DNA of 51,969 bases from the NCBI GenBank assembly GCA_002371335.1, contig DFHP01000205.1:1-51969 (forward strand), in the 5' to 3' direction. The notes under the pieces are model-generated. The model was not told the DNA's origin and did no database searches. It saw only the letters and a list, made by a program, of their open reading frames with translations. The stretch is from Eubacterium sp. UBA3720. GTDB taxonomy: Bacteria > Bacillota > Clostridia > Lachnospirales > Lachnospiraceae. Positions 25,907 through 34,770 of the stretch are shown one piece after another (positions within the stretch are counted from its first letter, which is position 1; each line of letters starts with the position of its first letter). Made by a program: the position numbers and the translations under genes.

Positions 25907-25986
25907 ATCATAATATCCTCGGTCTTATCCTCTGTCAACAGCTTTATTTCGTTCCAAAGCAATGTTTTCGATCGGATGATCTTCTC

Positions 25987-26934
25987 CTATTTCTCTGTTC
26001 TCTTCTCAAAAACACGCAGTTTGGCGCTTTTGGATCTCGGATTGACCTCCATTTCTTCTTCCGTGGGAAGAATCGGTTTCCTGTTTACCGCGAAACCTTT
26101 CGACTTTCTTCCGCAAACACATACCGGAAACTCCGGCGGACAAATACACGGGTTTTCATTCTTTCTGAAATTTTGTTTAACAATCCGATCCTCCAGTGAA
26201 TGAAATGTAATAACACATAGCCTGCCTCCCTCCGCAAGCATATCGATCATTCCATCCAAAGAATTCTCCAGAACCTCCAGTTCCCTGTTCACTTCAATGC
26301 GGATCGCCTGGAATGTTCTTTTCGCAGGATGTCCTCCTGTCTTTCGGTTTTTCGCGGGAACAGAGGACTTAATGATGTCCACCAGTTCACCGGTCGTCTC
26401 TATCGGATGCGCTTCTCTCCGCCGTACGATATTTGCGGCGATCCTGCCTGCAAACCTTTCTTCCCCGTAAGTTCGGATGATCCTTTTCAGTTCTTCTTCC
26501 GAATAAGTATTAAGCACTGTTTCTGCGCTCAGAGACTGTCGCTGGTCCATACGCATGTCCAGCAAAGCTTCCTCCCTGTAGGTGAAGCCTCTGTCCTTAT
26601 CATCCAGCTGATGGGACGATACTCCCAGATCCAGCAGGATACCATTTACTTCCGTAACCCCTGTCTTCCTGAGCATTTCCGCCATGTCGCAATAGTTTCC
26701 GCGCATGATCGCTGCACGATCCTTAAATTCCTTAAGACGATCCTGTGCGGCCTCGATTGCCTCGGCGTCCTGATCTATACCGATCAGTCTCCCCTTCTCA
26801 GAAAGCCTTCTGCAGACCTCCAGTGAATGACCTGCTCCCCCAAGCGTTCCATCCACGTAAATTCCGTCTTCTTTGATATTCAGATTATCGATCACCTCAT
26901 GGAGCATGACCGATGTATGCTGAAAATCCATCAT
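25987..26934 (-). CDS. rsmH: 16S rRNA (cytosine1402-N4)-methyltransferase
   Basis: [11 protein letters not shown]..., [10 protein letters not shown] and [10 protein letters not shown] motifs. Start set at ATG 26934 (AAGAGG 7 nt upstream). The 43 codons further upstream in the track ORF look non-native. Confidence 0.93.
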   Translation of the reverse strand: MMDFQHTSVMLHEVIDNLNIKEDGIYVDGTLGGAGHSLEVCRRLSEKGRLIGIDQDAEAIEAAQDRLKEFKDRAAIMRGNYCDMAEMLRKTGVTEVNGILLDLGVSSHQLDDKDRGFTYREEALLDMRMDQRQSLSAETVLNTYSEEELKRIIRTYGEERFAGRIAANIVRRREAHPIETTGELVDIIKSSVPAKNRKTGGHPAKRTFQAIRIEVNRELEVLENSLDGMIDMLAEGGRLCVITFHSLEDRIVKQNFRKNENPCICPPEFPVCVCGRKSKGFAVNRKPILPTEEEMEVNPRSKSAKLRVFEKRTEK

Positions 26935-27146
26935 TTGAAACCTCTTTCTCAGATAATCTTTCCCGGGAAACCCCTTTCCCGTAAAAGCCATTCTTCCCAC
27001 GGAATGACTTTTTTTTACCGGAATGCCGCTCTTCCCACGGAACAGCACCGTGACCGTTTTCACGCTTTATCGATCTCCCCTTCGGCAAAATGTTCTCCCC
27101 AGATCACTTCACCGTATAATATCGTTTTGCGCGTCCCCTGAAACGA

Positions 27147-27578
27147 TCACAACATGATTCCAAGATCAGTAAGCCCCTCAGCAATACTGTCCATATCATC
27201 ATAGCTGGTATTCTCGATCCATCTGTCTTTGCTCCAGATTTCAATTCTGTTCAGGTTTCCCGTAAGCACTACGTCCTTTTCCAGATTCGCATATTCTCTA
27301 AGCGGTCCCGCTATGAGAATTCTCCCCTGCTTATCCAGTTCGCACTGGCTGGCTCCTGATACAAAGAAACGGACAAAGGTTCTTGCATTTTTACTTGTAA
27401 GCGGCAGGGCACGTAATTTCTTTTCAAATTCGACCCATTCCTCATATGGGTACATAGAGAGACATCCATCCAACCCCTTTGTCAGAACCGGCATCTCCCC
27501 GAGCTCGTTTCTGAACTTGGACGGAACAATCAATCTTCCCTTTGCATCGATTGTATGACTGTACTCTCCCATGAACAT
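27147..27578 (-). CDS. mraZ: Transcriptional regulator MraZ
   Basis: 143 aa. [23 protein letters not shown] and a second DKQGRILI repeat (duplicated SpoVT-AbrB-like fold). Confidence 0.95.
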   Translation of the reverse strand: MFMGEYSHTIDAKGRLIVPSKFRNELGEMPVLTKGLDGCLSMYPYEEWVEFEKKLRALPLTSKNARTFVRFFVSGASQCELDKQGRILIAGPLREYANLEKDVVLTGNLNRIEIWSKDRWIENTSYDDMDSIAEGLTDLGIML

Positions 27579-27610
27579 GATAAATCACCTGCATGTGGAA
27601 TGGAGCATCT

Positions 27611-27650
27611 TCCCCTCCATTTTCCACCACGTTTCCCCACTTCTCGCCAC
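27611..27650 (-). promoter_or_regulatory. Candidate MraZ operator: GTGG boxes phased at exactly 10 bp
   Basis: Minus strand reads GTGGCGAGAA GTGGGGAAAC GTGGTGGAAA ATGGAGGGGA. Plus-strand CCAC at 27647-50, 27637-40 and 27627-30, with a degenerate fourth box at 27617-20. The array lies between the -10 box and the mraZ RBS. Confidence 0.65.
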
Positions 27651-27660
27651 TTATGAGGTT

Positions 27661-27689
27661 ATTCTAACCCATTTTCACCACCAATTCAA
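27661..27689 (-). promoter_or_regulatory. dcw (Pmra-like) promoter
   Basis: Minus strand: TTGAAT (27684-27689), 17-nt spacer, TAGAAT (27661-27666). Confidence 0.6.
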
Positions 27690-27734
27690 CCCTAACTGCC
27701 AAAAACTTTTCTTATATAACAAAGTCCGCGGGAC

Positions 27735-27766
27735 AAAAAAAGACCACCGCATTTCTGCGATGGTCT
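27735..27766 (-). terminator. Intrinsic terminator after the CwlO-like gene
   Basis: Minus strand: AGACCATCGC-AGAAAT-GCGGTGGTCT (one mismatch) followed by 8 T. Confidence 0.8.
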
Positions 27767-27843
27767 CTGAAAATCCCTTATTAAGTTTTATAATTCCCCA
27801 AATAAACGATTATTAATTCAAATATTCCCGATATCTGTTATTC

Positions 27844-29256
27844 TCATACTACTCGTCTTACAGCGAGGATCGGCTGGTATGCCGCATTGTAGCTGATCTT
27901 GATTCCTGATCTCTCGTCAGCAGCATGAACGATCGCGCCGTTGCCCATATAAATAGCTACATGGCCTGAATAGCAAATGATATCGCCAGGCTGTGCCTCT
28001 GAATAGGAAACGCCGTATCCGGCACTTCTCAGTGCTGCGGACTGTCTGGCTACACTGTATCCAAAGTGTGCGTAAACCTGATTTACAAATCCTGAACAGT
28101 CGATTCCGTTTGTAAGGCTGTTTCCGCCCCATACATACGGATTGCCGACGAACTGAGTAGCGTAATCAACGATAGCCTGTCCTGTAGCTGAGCCGGAAGA
28201 TGAAGGTGTGTAATCCTCCTCTTCTTCCTCTTCTTCATAATAGGAATCATCGTCTTCTTCGTCATCGTAAGCTTCATAATCTGTATCATCGGAATCATAA
28301 TCAGATGAGCTGTCATCATATGAAACATCTTCGGAATCATCGTAAGACTCCTCATCCAGTTCAGCAGCTTCTGCTTCCACATCCTGCTCGGCCGCTGCCG
28401 CCTGCTGAGCTTCTGCCTCTTCGATCGCTGCCTGGCGTGCTGCCTCTTCTTCGGCTGCCGCCTGTCTCTCAGCTTCCTTTCGGGCTTCTTCTTCGGCTGC
28501 CTTTCTGGCTGCTTCCTCAGCTGCTCTCTGCTGCTCTACAAGGATCTCGATCTGCTCATTTTGCTCGGCAATGACTGCCTGATATTCTGACGCTACCGCC
28601 TCTGCCTGCGCGATCTGTTTTCCATAATCAACGGATGCGGCTTTCGCCTCGTCGATAAGAACCTCAAGGTCGCCTTTCTGCTCTTCCTGCTCGTTCTTCA
28701 TCGTCTCAAACTCAGCTTTTTCTATCTCCTGCTGCTCCTTCAGCTCGGAAACCTGCTGAACAGTCTCAGCATACTGAGTAAGGCACTCTCTGTCATATTT
28801 ATACATCTTCTGCGTATTCTCAGCCTTACTCAGAAGCGTGGATAAATCTTCCTGCGCGAAAAGCATGTTTGACCAGCTCACATCGCCGCCGTTCTCATAC
28901 AGATACTGAATTCTTTTTTTCATTGCTTCATATTCAGTATTCTCCTGTTTGCGCGCGGCATTCAGATCGCTCGTAGTCTGTGTAATATCTTCCTGCTTAT
29001 CGTCGATCTGTGTCGTCAATGTATTAATGGATGCCATCGTAACAGCCAGTTCCTGTCCCATTGTATCGATCTGTCCGAGGATCTCAGCTTTCTGAGATTC
29101 CAGCGAAGCGATTGCTGAATTTACCTGCGACAGCTGAGATTCTGTGGCTGACTTCTGCTGTTTAAGCTCACTGATCGCATCCGCATAAACAGGCGCCACC
29201 TGCATAATACTGAGCGCAACAGCCAGACCCGCTGACATCATTCTCATTTTTCTCAA
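27844..29256 (-). CDS. Secreted peptidoglycan hydrolase, CwlO/PcsB-like (coiled-coil N-terminus, acidic linker, NlpC/P60 C-terminus); TTG start
   Basis: Signal peptide MSAGLAVALSIMQVAPVYA. About 270 aa of Q/E/A-rich coiled-coil. NlpC/P60 catalytic region GNPYVWGGNSLTNGIDCSGFV ... GHVAIYMG. TTG at 29256 lies 7 nt after GGGAGG. Confidence 0.85.
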   Translation of the reverse strand: MRKMRMMSAGLAVALSIMQVAPVYADAISELKQQKSATESQLSQVNSAIASLESQKAEILGQIDTMGQELAVTMASINTLTTQIDDKQEDITQTTSDLNAARKQENTEYEAMKKRIQYLYENGGDVSWSNMLFAQEDLSTLLSKAENTQKMYKYDRECLTQYAETVQQVSELKEQQEIEKAEFETMKNEQEEQKGDLEVLIDEAKAASVDYGKQIAQAEAVASEYQAVIAEQNEQIEILVEQQRAAEEAARKAAEEEARKEAERQAAAEEEAARQAAIEEAEAQQAAAAEQDVEAEAAELDEESYDDSEDVSYDDSSSDYDSDDTDYEAYDDEEDDDSYYEEEEEEEDYTPSSSGSATGQAIVDYATQFVGNPYVWGGNSLTNGIDCSGFVNQVYAHFGYSVARQSAALRSAGYGVSYSEAQPGDIICYSGHVAIYMGNGAIVHAADERSGIKISYNAAYQPILAVRRVV

Positions 29257-29306
29257 GGATGTACCTCCCGTTTAATAATCTACCCGCATCTACAAGTTAC
29301 ATGCGA

Positions 29307-29336
29307 ATTGTAACACTTTCGCAATACTTTTGTCAA
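29307..29336 (-). promoter_or_regulatory. Promoter of the CwlO-like gene
   Basis: Minus strand: TTGACA (29331-29336), 18-nt spacer, TACAAT (29307-29312) with TG at the extended -10 position. Confidence 0.55.
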
Positions 29337-29493
29337 CCCGTTAAAATCACTCCGGTCCTTTTCGTAACATTATCGTGTTTTTATTGTAATTTAAGGCAAA
29401 AAAAGACGTTTTTCACAAATTTTCATGGATCCAAACCACTTTTCACGATTGCAAAAAACGTCTTTTTATTACATTTTGTAACATTTTCGTCAT
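29309..29493 (+). promoter_or_regulatory. Three copies of the 17-nt motif YGTAACAYTWTCGYNWT upstream of the CwlO-like gene
   Basis: tgtaacactttcgcaat (29309-29325), cgtaacattatcgtgtt (29363-29379), tgtaacattttcgtcat (29477-29493). Copy 1 overlaps the -10 box and spacer of the promoter above. Confidence 0.45.
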
Positions 29494-29543
29494 TTTTATT
29501 TGTCAGAAATACACAGGTATTCCTGACAAAGATCCGGTTTTTG

Positions 29544-30641
29544 TCATACATTAAACCGGAATACGATCACGTCGCCGTCCTGAACGATGTAATCCTTACC
29601 CTCCATGCGGACAAGTCCCTTTTCGCGGGCTCCCGCATAGGAGCCGCAGTCAAGCAGGTCCTGATAATATACGACTTCAGCCTTGATAAATCCTCTCTGC
29701 ATATCCGTGTGGATCTTTCCGGCAGCTACAGGAGCCTTTGTGTTCTTTTTTATCGTCCAGGCTCTGGTCTCGTCCTCTCCGGAGGTCAGAAAACTCATCA
29801 GTCCAAGCGTAGAATAGCTTGCCTGGATCAGCTTGTCCAGACCGGAAGACTCCAGACCCAGATCTTCAAGGAATTCCTTTTTCTCCTCATCATCAAGCTC
29901 CGCTATCTCGGCCTCGATGCTGGCGCAGATAACAAAAACCTCGCTGTTCTTCTCCGCAGCCAGAGCGCGCACCTTCGCCACGTACTCATTGGAAGCGCCG
30001 TCATCCGCCAGATCGTCTTCGCTTACGTTTGCGGCGTAAATAACCGGCTTGGCTGTAAGGAGATTGTATTCATTGAACCAGGCTTCCTCTTCTTCATCCA
30101 GAAGCTCAAAGCAGGATGCATCCTTTCCGTCCTCTAGCAATGTTTTCAGTCTCTTCTGCATCTCATACTCTTTGGCGGACTTTTTGTCATTGCGGGCGCT
30201 TTTGGCCGTCTTTGCCATTCGCCTCTCCAGCACCTCCATATCCGCAAAGATCAGCTCCAGATCGATCGTTTCAATATCGCGCAGCGGATCTACCGAGCCG
30301 TCCACGTGAATGACGTTATCATCCTCAAAGCACCTTACTACATGGAGAATAGCGTCCACTTCCCTGATATTTGCCAGAAACTGGTTACCAAGGCCCTCAC
30401 CTTTGGACGCACCCTTGACCAGGCCGGCAATATCAACGAACTCTACCACAGCCGGGGTTACCTTCTTTGAATGATAAAATTCACCCAGCTTATCCAGCCT
30501 CTCATCCGGAACAGGAACGACGCCCACGTTCGGATCGATCGTGCAGAACGGATAGTTTGCCATCTCCGCGCCTGCTTTTGTCAGCGAATTAAAAAGTGTG
30601 CTTTTTCCGACATTCGGAAGTCCTACGATTCCTAATTTCAT
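29544..30641 (-). CDS. ychF: Ribosome-binding ATPase YchF
   Basis: 365 aa. [19 protein letters not shown]-loop, [12 protein letters not shown], and a C-terminal TGS-like domain. Confidence 0.95.
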   Translation of the reverse strand: MKLGIVGLPNVGKSTLFNSLTKAGAEMANYPFCTIDPNVGVVPVPDERLDKLGEFYHSKKVTPAVVEFVDIAGLVKGASKGEGLGNQFLANIREVDAILHVVRCFEDDNVIHVDGSVDPLRDIETIDLELIFADMEVLERRMAKTAKSARNDKKSAKEYEMQKRLKTLLEDGKDASCFELLDEEEEAWFNEYNLLTAKPVIYAANVSEDDLADDGASNEYVAKVRALAAEKNSEVFVICASIEAEIAELDDEEKKEFLEDLGLESSGLDKLIQASYSTLGLMSFLTSGEDETRAWTIKKNTKAPVAAGKIHTDMQRGFIKAEVVYYQDLLDCGSYAGAREKGLVRMEGKDYIVQDGDVIVFRFNV

Positions 30642-30990
30642 TTAATTTCTCCTAACACCCGTGTTTATGGGATTTCTTATTTCACATTTTTTCTTTTCCG
30701 GTAATTGGACACGCCGGAAATCGAAAAGTCAGAAGATTTTATACTTAAAACTTTTCCCGTGAAAAATGCCTTTCTTATATATAAAAAAGATATCCTCACG
30801 CGTATATCAAAATATCACAGAAACGAGATATTTTCAAGATTCGTCACACTTGTAAGATGATTCATTGCTTATCATAATTCTTCTATTACCTGCCCGATGT
30901 CTCCGTCACTACAGGTAGACTGCTTCCTAATATCTTCAGGACACACTGCTTCACCATGGTTCACGCAGGCATATGCCGCAAACGTATCCT

Positions 30991-32190
30991 TTATTCATGC
31001 TTCAGCAGCCAGTCTGCCAGATTATGAATCTTTATGCCTTCATAGTCATAGGTCGCATGTCTGGTATTGGCCAGGATCATTTTGGGATACGCATCCTTGA
31101 TCTTAAGCAAAGGATCATACTCCCGCTCAAACGTCTCAGGACGTGAGATATCATCGCTGACCTGGATATACATCTTTTCATCGCCTCGGACTGCCACAAA
31201 ATCCACTTCTTTCTGATACAGCTTTCCAACGTACACCTCGAAGCCGCGCCGCATCAATTCAATACAGACAATATTTTCATACATCCGTCCGTAATCAAGA
31301 TCCCGCCTGCCAAGTCTGGCAAAGCGTATATCGGTATCACTCAGATAGTATTTCACAGAAGTCTTCAGATATTTCTTTCCGCGGATATCATATCGACGTA
31401 TGCCATAGAAAACATATGCATCGCAGAGATATCTGATATAGTTTCCGACAGTCTTGTGATTGGTTACGACAACATTTGCCGTCAGTGTATCGCTGATATT
31501 GTTGGGCGAAGTCAGATTGGATACGTTATCAATCATGAACTCTGCCAGATGCTCCAGCGTCGTTGTGTCCGGCAGATGATACTTCGTGACCAGGTCCCTG
31601 TTGATGATCGTATCGTAAATATCTCTGATATAGTTTGTGCGGGCCCTCTCAGTACGGTATTCATAAGAGCCTGCCAGACCGCCTTTGATCACATAATCAT
31701 CAAAGAGCTTTGCCGTGTCCTGTTCCTCCGCATAGTAGCGGCAGAATTCCCCAAAGCTGAACGGGAACACATGGATCTCAATATACCGCCCCGTAAACAG
31801 TGTTGTCAGATCGGAACTCAGGAGGAAGGCATTGGACCCGGTGATATAAAGGTCATATTTCCGGGAAGTATGCAGGCTGTTGATCGCAAGCTCAAATCCC
31901 TCACACAGCTGCACTTCATCCACAAACACATAATTCTGTTTTCCGGCAGCATAATGACTTTCAATGTAATCATACAGAGCATGGTATTCCTTTAATCCTT
32001 CATATTTCAGGTCAAAGAAATCTACAAAAATAATATTGGCTTCCGGCTGAATCTCCTTGATTCTGCTGGTATAAGCCTTCATCAGTTCAGATTTGCCGCT
32101 GCGGCGCACTCCGGTAATGATCTTGATATCCGGGGTACCCATGAGATCAAGAAGCCGCCGCATGTATTCTTGTCTTTCAATATAGTTCAT
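30991..32190 (-). CDS. AAA-type ATPase with a DUF4143-like C-terminal domain (COG1373-type)
   Basis: 399 aa. P-loop GVRRSGKSEL and Walker B-like YVFVDEVQ. The C-terminal part is typical of this standalone ATPase family. Function unknown. Confidence 0.78.
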   Translation of the reverse strand: MNYIERQEYMRRLLDLMGTPDIKIITGVRRSGKSELMKAYTSRIKEIQPEANIIFVDFFDLKYEGLKEYHALYDYIESHYAAGKQNYVFVDEVQLCEGFELAINSLHTSRKYDLYITGSNAFLLSSDLTTLFTGRYIEIHVFPFSFGEFCRYYAEEQDTAKLFDDYVIKGGLAGSYEYRTERARTNYIRDIYDTIINRDLVTKYHLPDTTTLEHLAEFMIDNVSNLTSPNNISDTLTANVVVTNHKTVGNYIRYLCDAYVFYGIRRYDIRGKKYLKTSVKYYLSDTDIRFARLGRRDLDYGRMYENIVCIELMRRGFEVYVGKLYQKEVDFVAVRGDEKMYIQVSDDISRPETFEREYDPLLKIKDAYPKMILANTRHATYDYEGIKIHNLADWLLKHE

Positions 32191-32294
32191 CGTACTACTT
32201 CCGAAATTGTAATTTTTTTTACGTTTCGCACCTGTGTTTATAGCTTACTCAGAATCACCCTGTTTGTTAATGTGAGAGGACTTTACACACTGTT

Positions 32295-32594
32295 TCATGT
32301 GTTCTTTTCATATGTATAGGGCAGCATGCGCTCCACTTCTTCACGCTCAACGCGGCATATTCTTTCCGTTTCTTCTCTTTCTTCATTCGTTGCCGCCTGA
32401 TAATTTAAAATCGTTTTGTTTTCTGCATAGTTACAGATGATAACAAACTCATCATTCCCCATCTCGATCGGATTTTTTCCATATAGAGACATCAGTGCAT
32501 TGTAATCGCTCAGACGCACAATTTCCGGAGCACCCTCCATAAAATACAGCTTTTCGGCTTTTTTGACCGCCGACTCTAAAGCATGGTATAGACG
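32295..32594 (-). pseudogene. Gene remnant, possibly an internal fragment of an FtsX/BceB-type ABC permease ectodomain
   Basis: The frame is open from the TAG at 32595-32597 down to 32295, with no credible start or RBS. The VRLSDYNALMSLYG segment resembles permease ectodomains. It abuts the IS remnant. Confidence 0.35.
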
Positions 32595-32995
32595 CTAATC
32601 TAAAAGTGAGCCACTAAAGTACAAAACGCTCACTTGAAAGTGAGCCACTCAATCGGTACCCTAAATAAAGATTAATCTTTATTCGGAGGGCAAAAAGGTG
32701 GTTATCACAATGAAAGACTATGACGAAATACGCAAACGATACCTTGCTGGTGAAAGTCAGCGCCATATCGCCAAAACGCTAGGTATCTCACGAAACACGG
32801 TTGCTAAGTACTGTGAAGGTGATTTTGTTCCACGGGTGTTTTTTGCAAGCCCAAATTACCGATGTATATATTGACCAGAGAGTACATGCACTTAGCGAGC
32901 GATATATACAGCTGATTTGGAGCCCATGTTTACTGGAATCTATTGAGGCGTGGTACTCTATACCATCAAAATTGTACTCGATTGGTACTCAATTA
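32595..32995 (+). mobile_element. Internally deleted IS21-family element remnant (about 0.4 kb)
   Basis: Contains only the first 54 codons of an IstA-like transposase. Reiterated terminal motifs: GTGAGCCACT twice at the left (32606, 32640) and GGTACTC/TGTACTC three times at the right (32952-32990). Left CACTCAATCGGTAC matches inverted right GTACTCGATTGGTACTCAA. Boundaries are approximate. Confidence 0.5.
32710..32874 (+). pseudogene. Truncated IS21-family transposase (IstA) N-terminal HTH fragment
   Basis: Hand translation: MKDYDEIRKRYLAGESQRHIAKTLGISRNTVAKYCEGDFVP then an out-of-context tail and a stop (54 aa; below the ORF-track cutoff). The HTH signature is typical of IstA N-termini. Confidence 0.6.
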
Positions 32996-33132
32996 ATGAA
33001 AAATGGTAAATGAAATTAGCTAAATATTTTTAGTCTGATCATTTTTCGTCTTCACATCTGCTGATCCCCGGTATAATGTTTGATTGCAATAATCAGACGC
33101 TGAACATATCAATATCTATTCTCCTTAGCATT

Positions 33133-33171
33133 TAAAACGGGAATGTATATGCCGCAGCAATATACATTCCC
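33133..33171 (-). terminator. Intrinsic terminator after the membrane-protein gene
   Basis: Minus strand: GGGAATGTATAT-9 nt-ATATACATTCCC followed by GTTTTAAAT. Confidence 0.7.
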
Positions 33172-33268
33172 ATTTAATGGTTGATTTTTCCGTTGTCTGC
33201 CAACCTCCAGCACCTATGTCCGGAAATCCATTCCTGAATCATAATCAGTATTTCCCATGACCAGTAAT

Positions 33269-33997
33269 TCATATTGCATTCCAGAACAGGAGGAATATCA
33301 GTATACATCCCCAGGCATTACCGGTCTTTTCTTTGATCATAAGCATTCCGTATATAAGGATGAATGTAGTAAGCGCCTCAAAGATTATATACAGATTGAA
33401 TCCAATCATTCCGTGTATAAGTATGCAGATCACGCCACAGGCTATAGCCCCACGATTGATATACCTGTTGCCGCCGGGATATCTCTCATTGATCTTTTTG
33501 GAGATGACCACGTAATTAAACCCTTCAAAGAACCCCCATACAAGTATCGTCAGTGCATAACCAAGAACGTTTACAGGAAATGCATACGACAAAAACTCTC
33601 TTGTATGCATGCATCCCTGCAGCGGCAGATATGAATCTATCTCTTTATTGACCAACATGAAAACGAATGCCGGAATGCAAACCGCCGCGGACATAAGAGC
33701 AGTCTTCAGAAAACGCGGTTTAACAAGCCCGTAATCCCGGAAATGTTCTTTCCTGTAAATCATGACAATCACGCACCCAAATCCTGCGAGTCCAAACTGG
33801 ATCAGCATCAGCGGCATAAAGCGCAGCCATATATTTACCGAAAGATCTTTGCAGAATCCCATAATAGCAGTCCCGCGAAAAATGAATAAGATCAGTGGAA
33901 TCGCCATAGAAATCAAGATTATGTTTAAATCTTTATCCGCCTTTTTTACTGTTTCCGGGAGTTCTTTTTTCAATTCTTTCTGGTGTTGTTTATTCAT
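33269..33997 (-). CDS. Polytopic membrane protein, possibly CPBP/Abi-like
   Basis: 242 aa with 6 to 8 hydrophobic segments. Segments FFEGFNYVV and ILIHGMIGFN only loosely resemble CPBP motifs. AT-rich codon usage differs from neighbouring genes. Confidence 0.55.
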   Translation of the reverse strand: MNKQHQKELKKELPETVKKADKDLNIILISMAIPLILFIFRGTAIMGFCKDLSVNIWLRFMPLMLIQFGLAGFGCVIVMIYRKEHFRDYGLVKPRFLKTALMSAAVCIPAFVFMLVNKEIDSYLPLQGCMHTREFLSYAFPVNVLGYALTILVWGFFEGFNYVVISKKINERYPGGNRYINRGAIACGVICILIHGMIGFNLYIIFEALTTFILIYGMLMIKEKTGNAWGCILIFLLFWNAI

Positions 33998-34030
33998 TTC
34001 TCCTACATCTCAATATAACTGAGTAAGTTT

Positions 34031-34625
34031 TTAGTCTTCTATTATCCGGATATCTTCTGCATCAACATCATAGATGACTCCATTTTTAATATCCTCATAT
34101 ATTTTTTGTTCTTCAGCAGTTTCCTTTTGTTTTTCAGGATTACTCAGCATTGTATTCTATCACTTGGTATCCCAGCTAATGCAGGTGTAGTATCAATATC
34201 CTTATCAAATTCCTCGTTAATTAATCAAAATTCAATTCCAATTTATCATAAGCATTTGATATATCTGAATCAGCATCGTTGAAATCAGCGGTGAAGGTCT
34301 CTAGACTTCCAGTTGGATTTGTTGCCAAATCAGTTAATTTGACTTAAGAATCATAGAACTCCTGAAGGTCTTGGTAAGCATTCTCCCATTCAGCCGGAGG
34401 ATTCTTCAAATCTTTCATTATCGAGGACACAGAATCCCGATTACCCTTAATTCCGTTGATTGTAGATGAAAAGCTTTTGTTATTGAACAAATTAGCCAGT
34501 GCTGTATTATAATCGCTCACAAAATATCCATCCGTCCTGAGAAATGGATTATGCAGTAAGAGCTCATTCTCACGCATGCTGTGAATTGTCATTTGAATGG
34601 CTGAAAGGAGATCTCGACTACACAC
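34031..34625 (-). pseudogene. String of short, frame-broken ORF pieces (decayed gene)
   Basis: The 93-aa ORF (34344-34625) ends in TAA. It is followed in frame by about 40 more sense codons and another TAA, then a -1-shifted open stretch, then a 39-codon ORF. No RBS for any piece. Confidence 0.3.
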
Positions 34626-34770
34626 CCGAACAATTTGCCATTCTCCAGTACCGCTATATGCCGGCAGAACTAAAGGCTGCGTATGGAATTGAAGGTGAGT
34701 ACTCTTTAAGTCAAGATCGCCTTTCCTGATTAGATCTTTATAACTGAATCTTCTTCTGTTTCACTTATTT

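Noticed and set aside
29398-29467. AT-rich inverted repeat AAAAAAAGACGTTTTT / AAAAAACGTCTTTTT, considered as the ychF terminator.
   Set aside because: The loop is about 40 nt and the stem is almost entirely A/T, so the predicted stability is poor. I cannot decide from sequence alone, and it is mentioned only as context for the 17-nt motif finding.
34031-34150. 39-codon minus-strand ORF (MLSNPEKQKETAEEQKIYEDIKNGVIYDVDAEDIRIIED) just upstream of the CPBP-like membrane protein, considered as a bacteriocin or peptide partner.
   Set aside because: It has no Shine-Dalgarno sequence, no leader or double-glycine motif, and a highly charged non-peptide-like sequence. It lies at the end of a chain of frame-broken fragments, so it is more likely part of a pseudogene.
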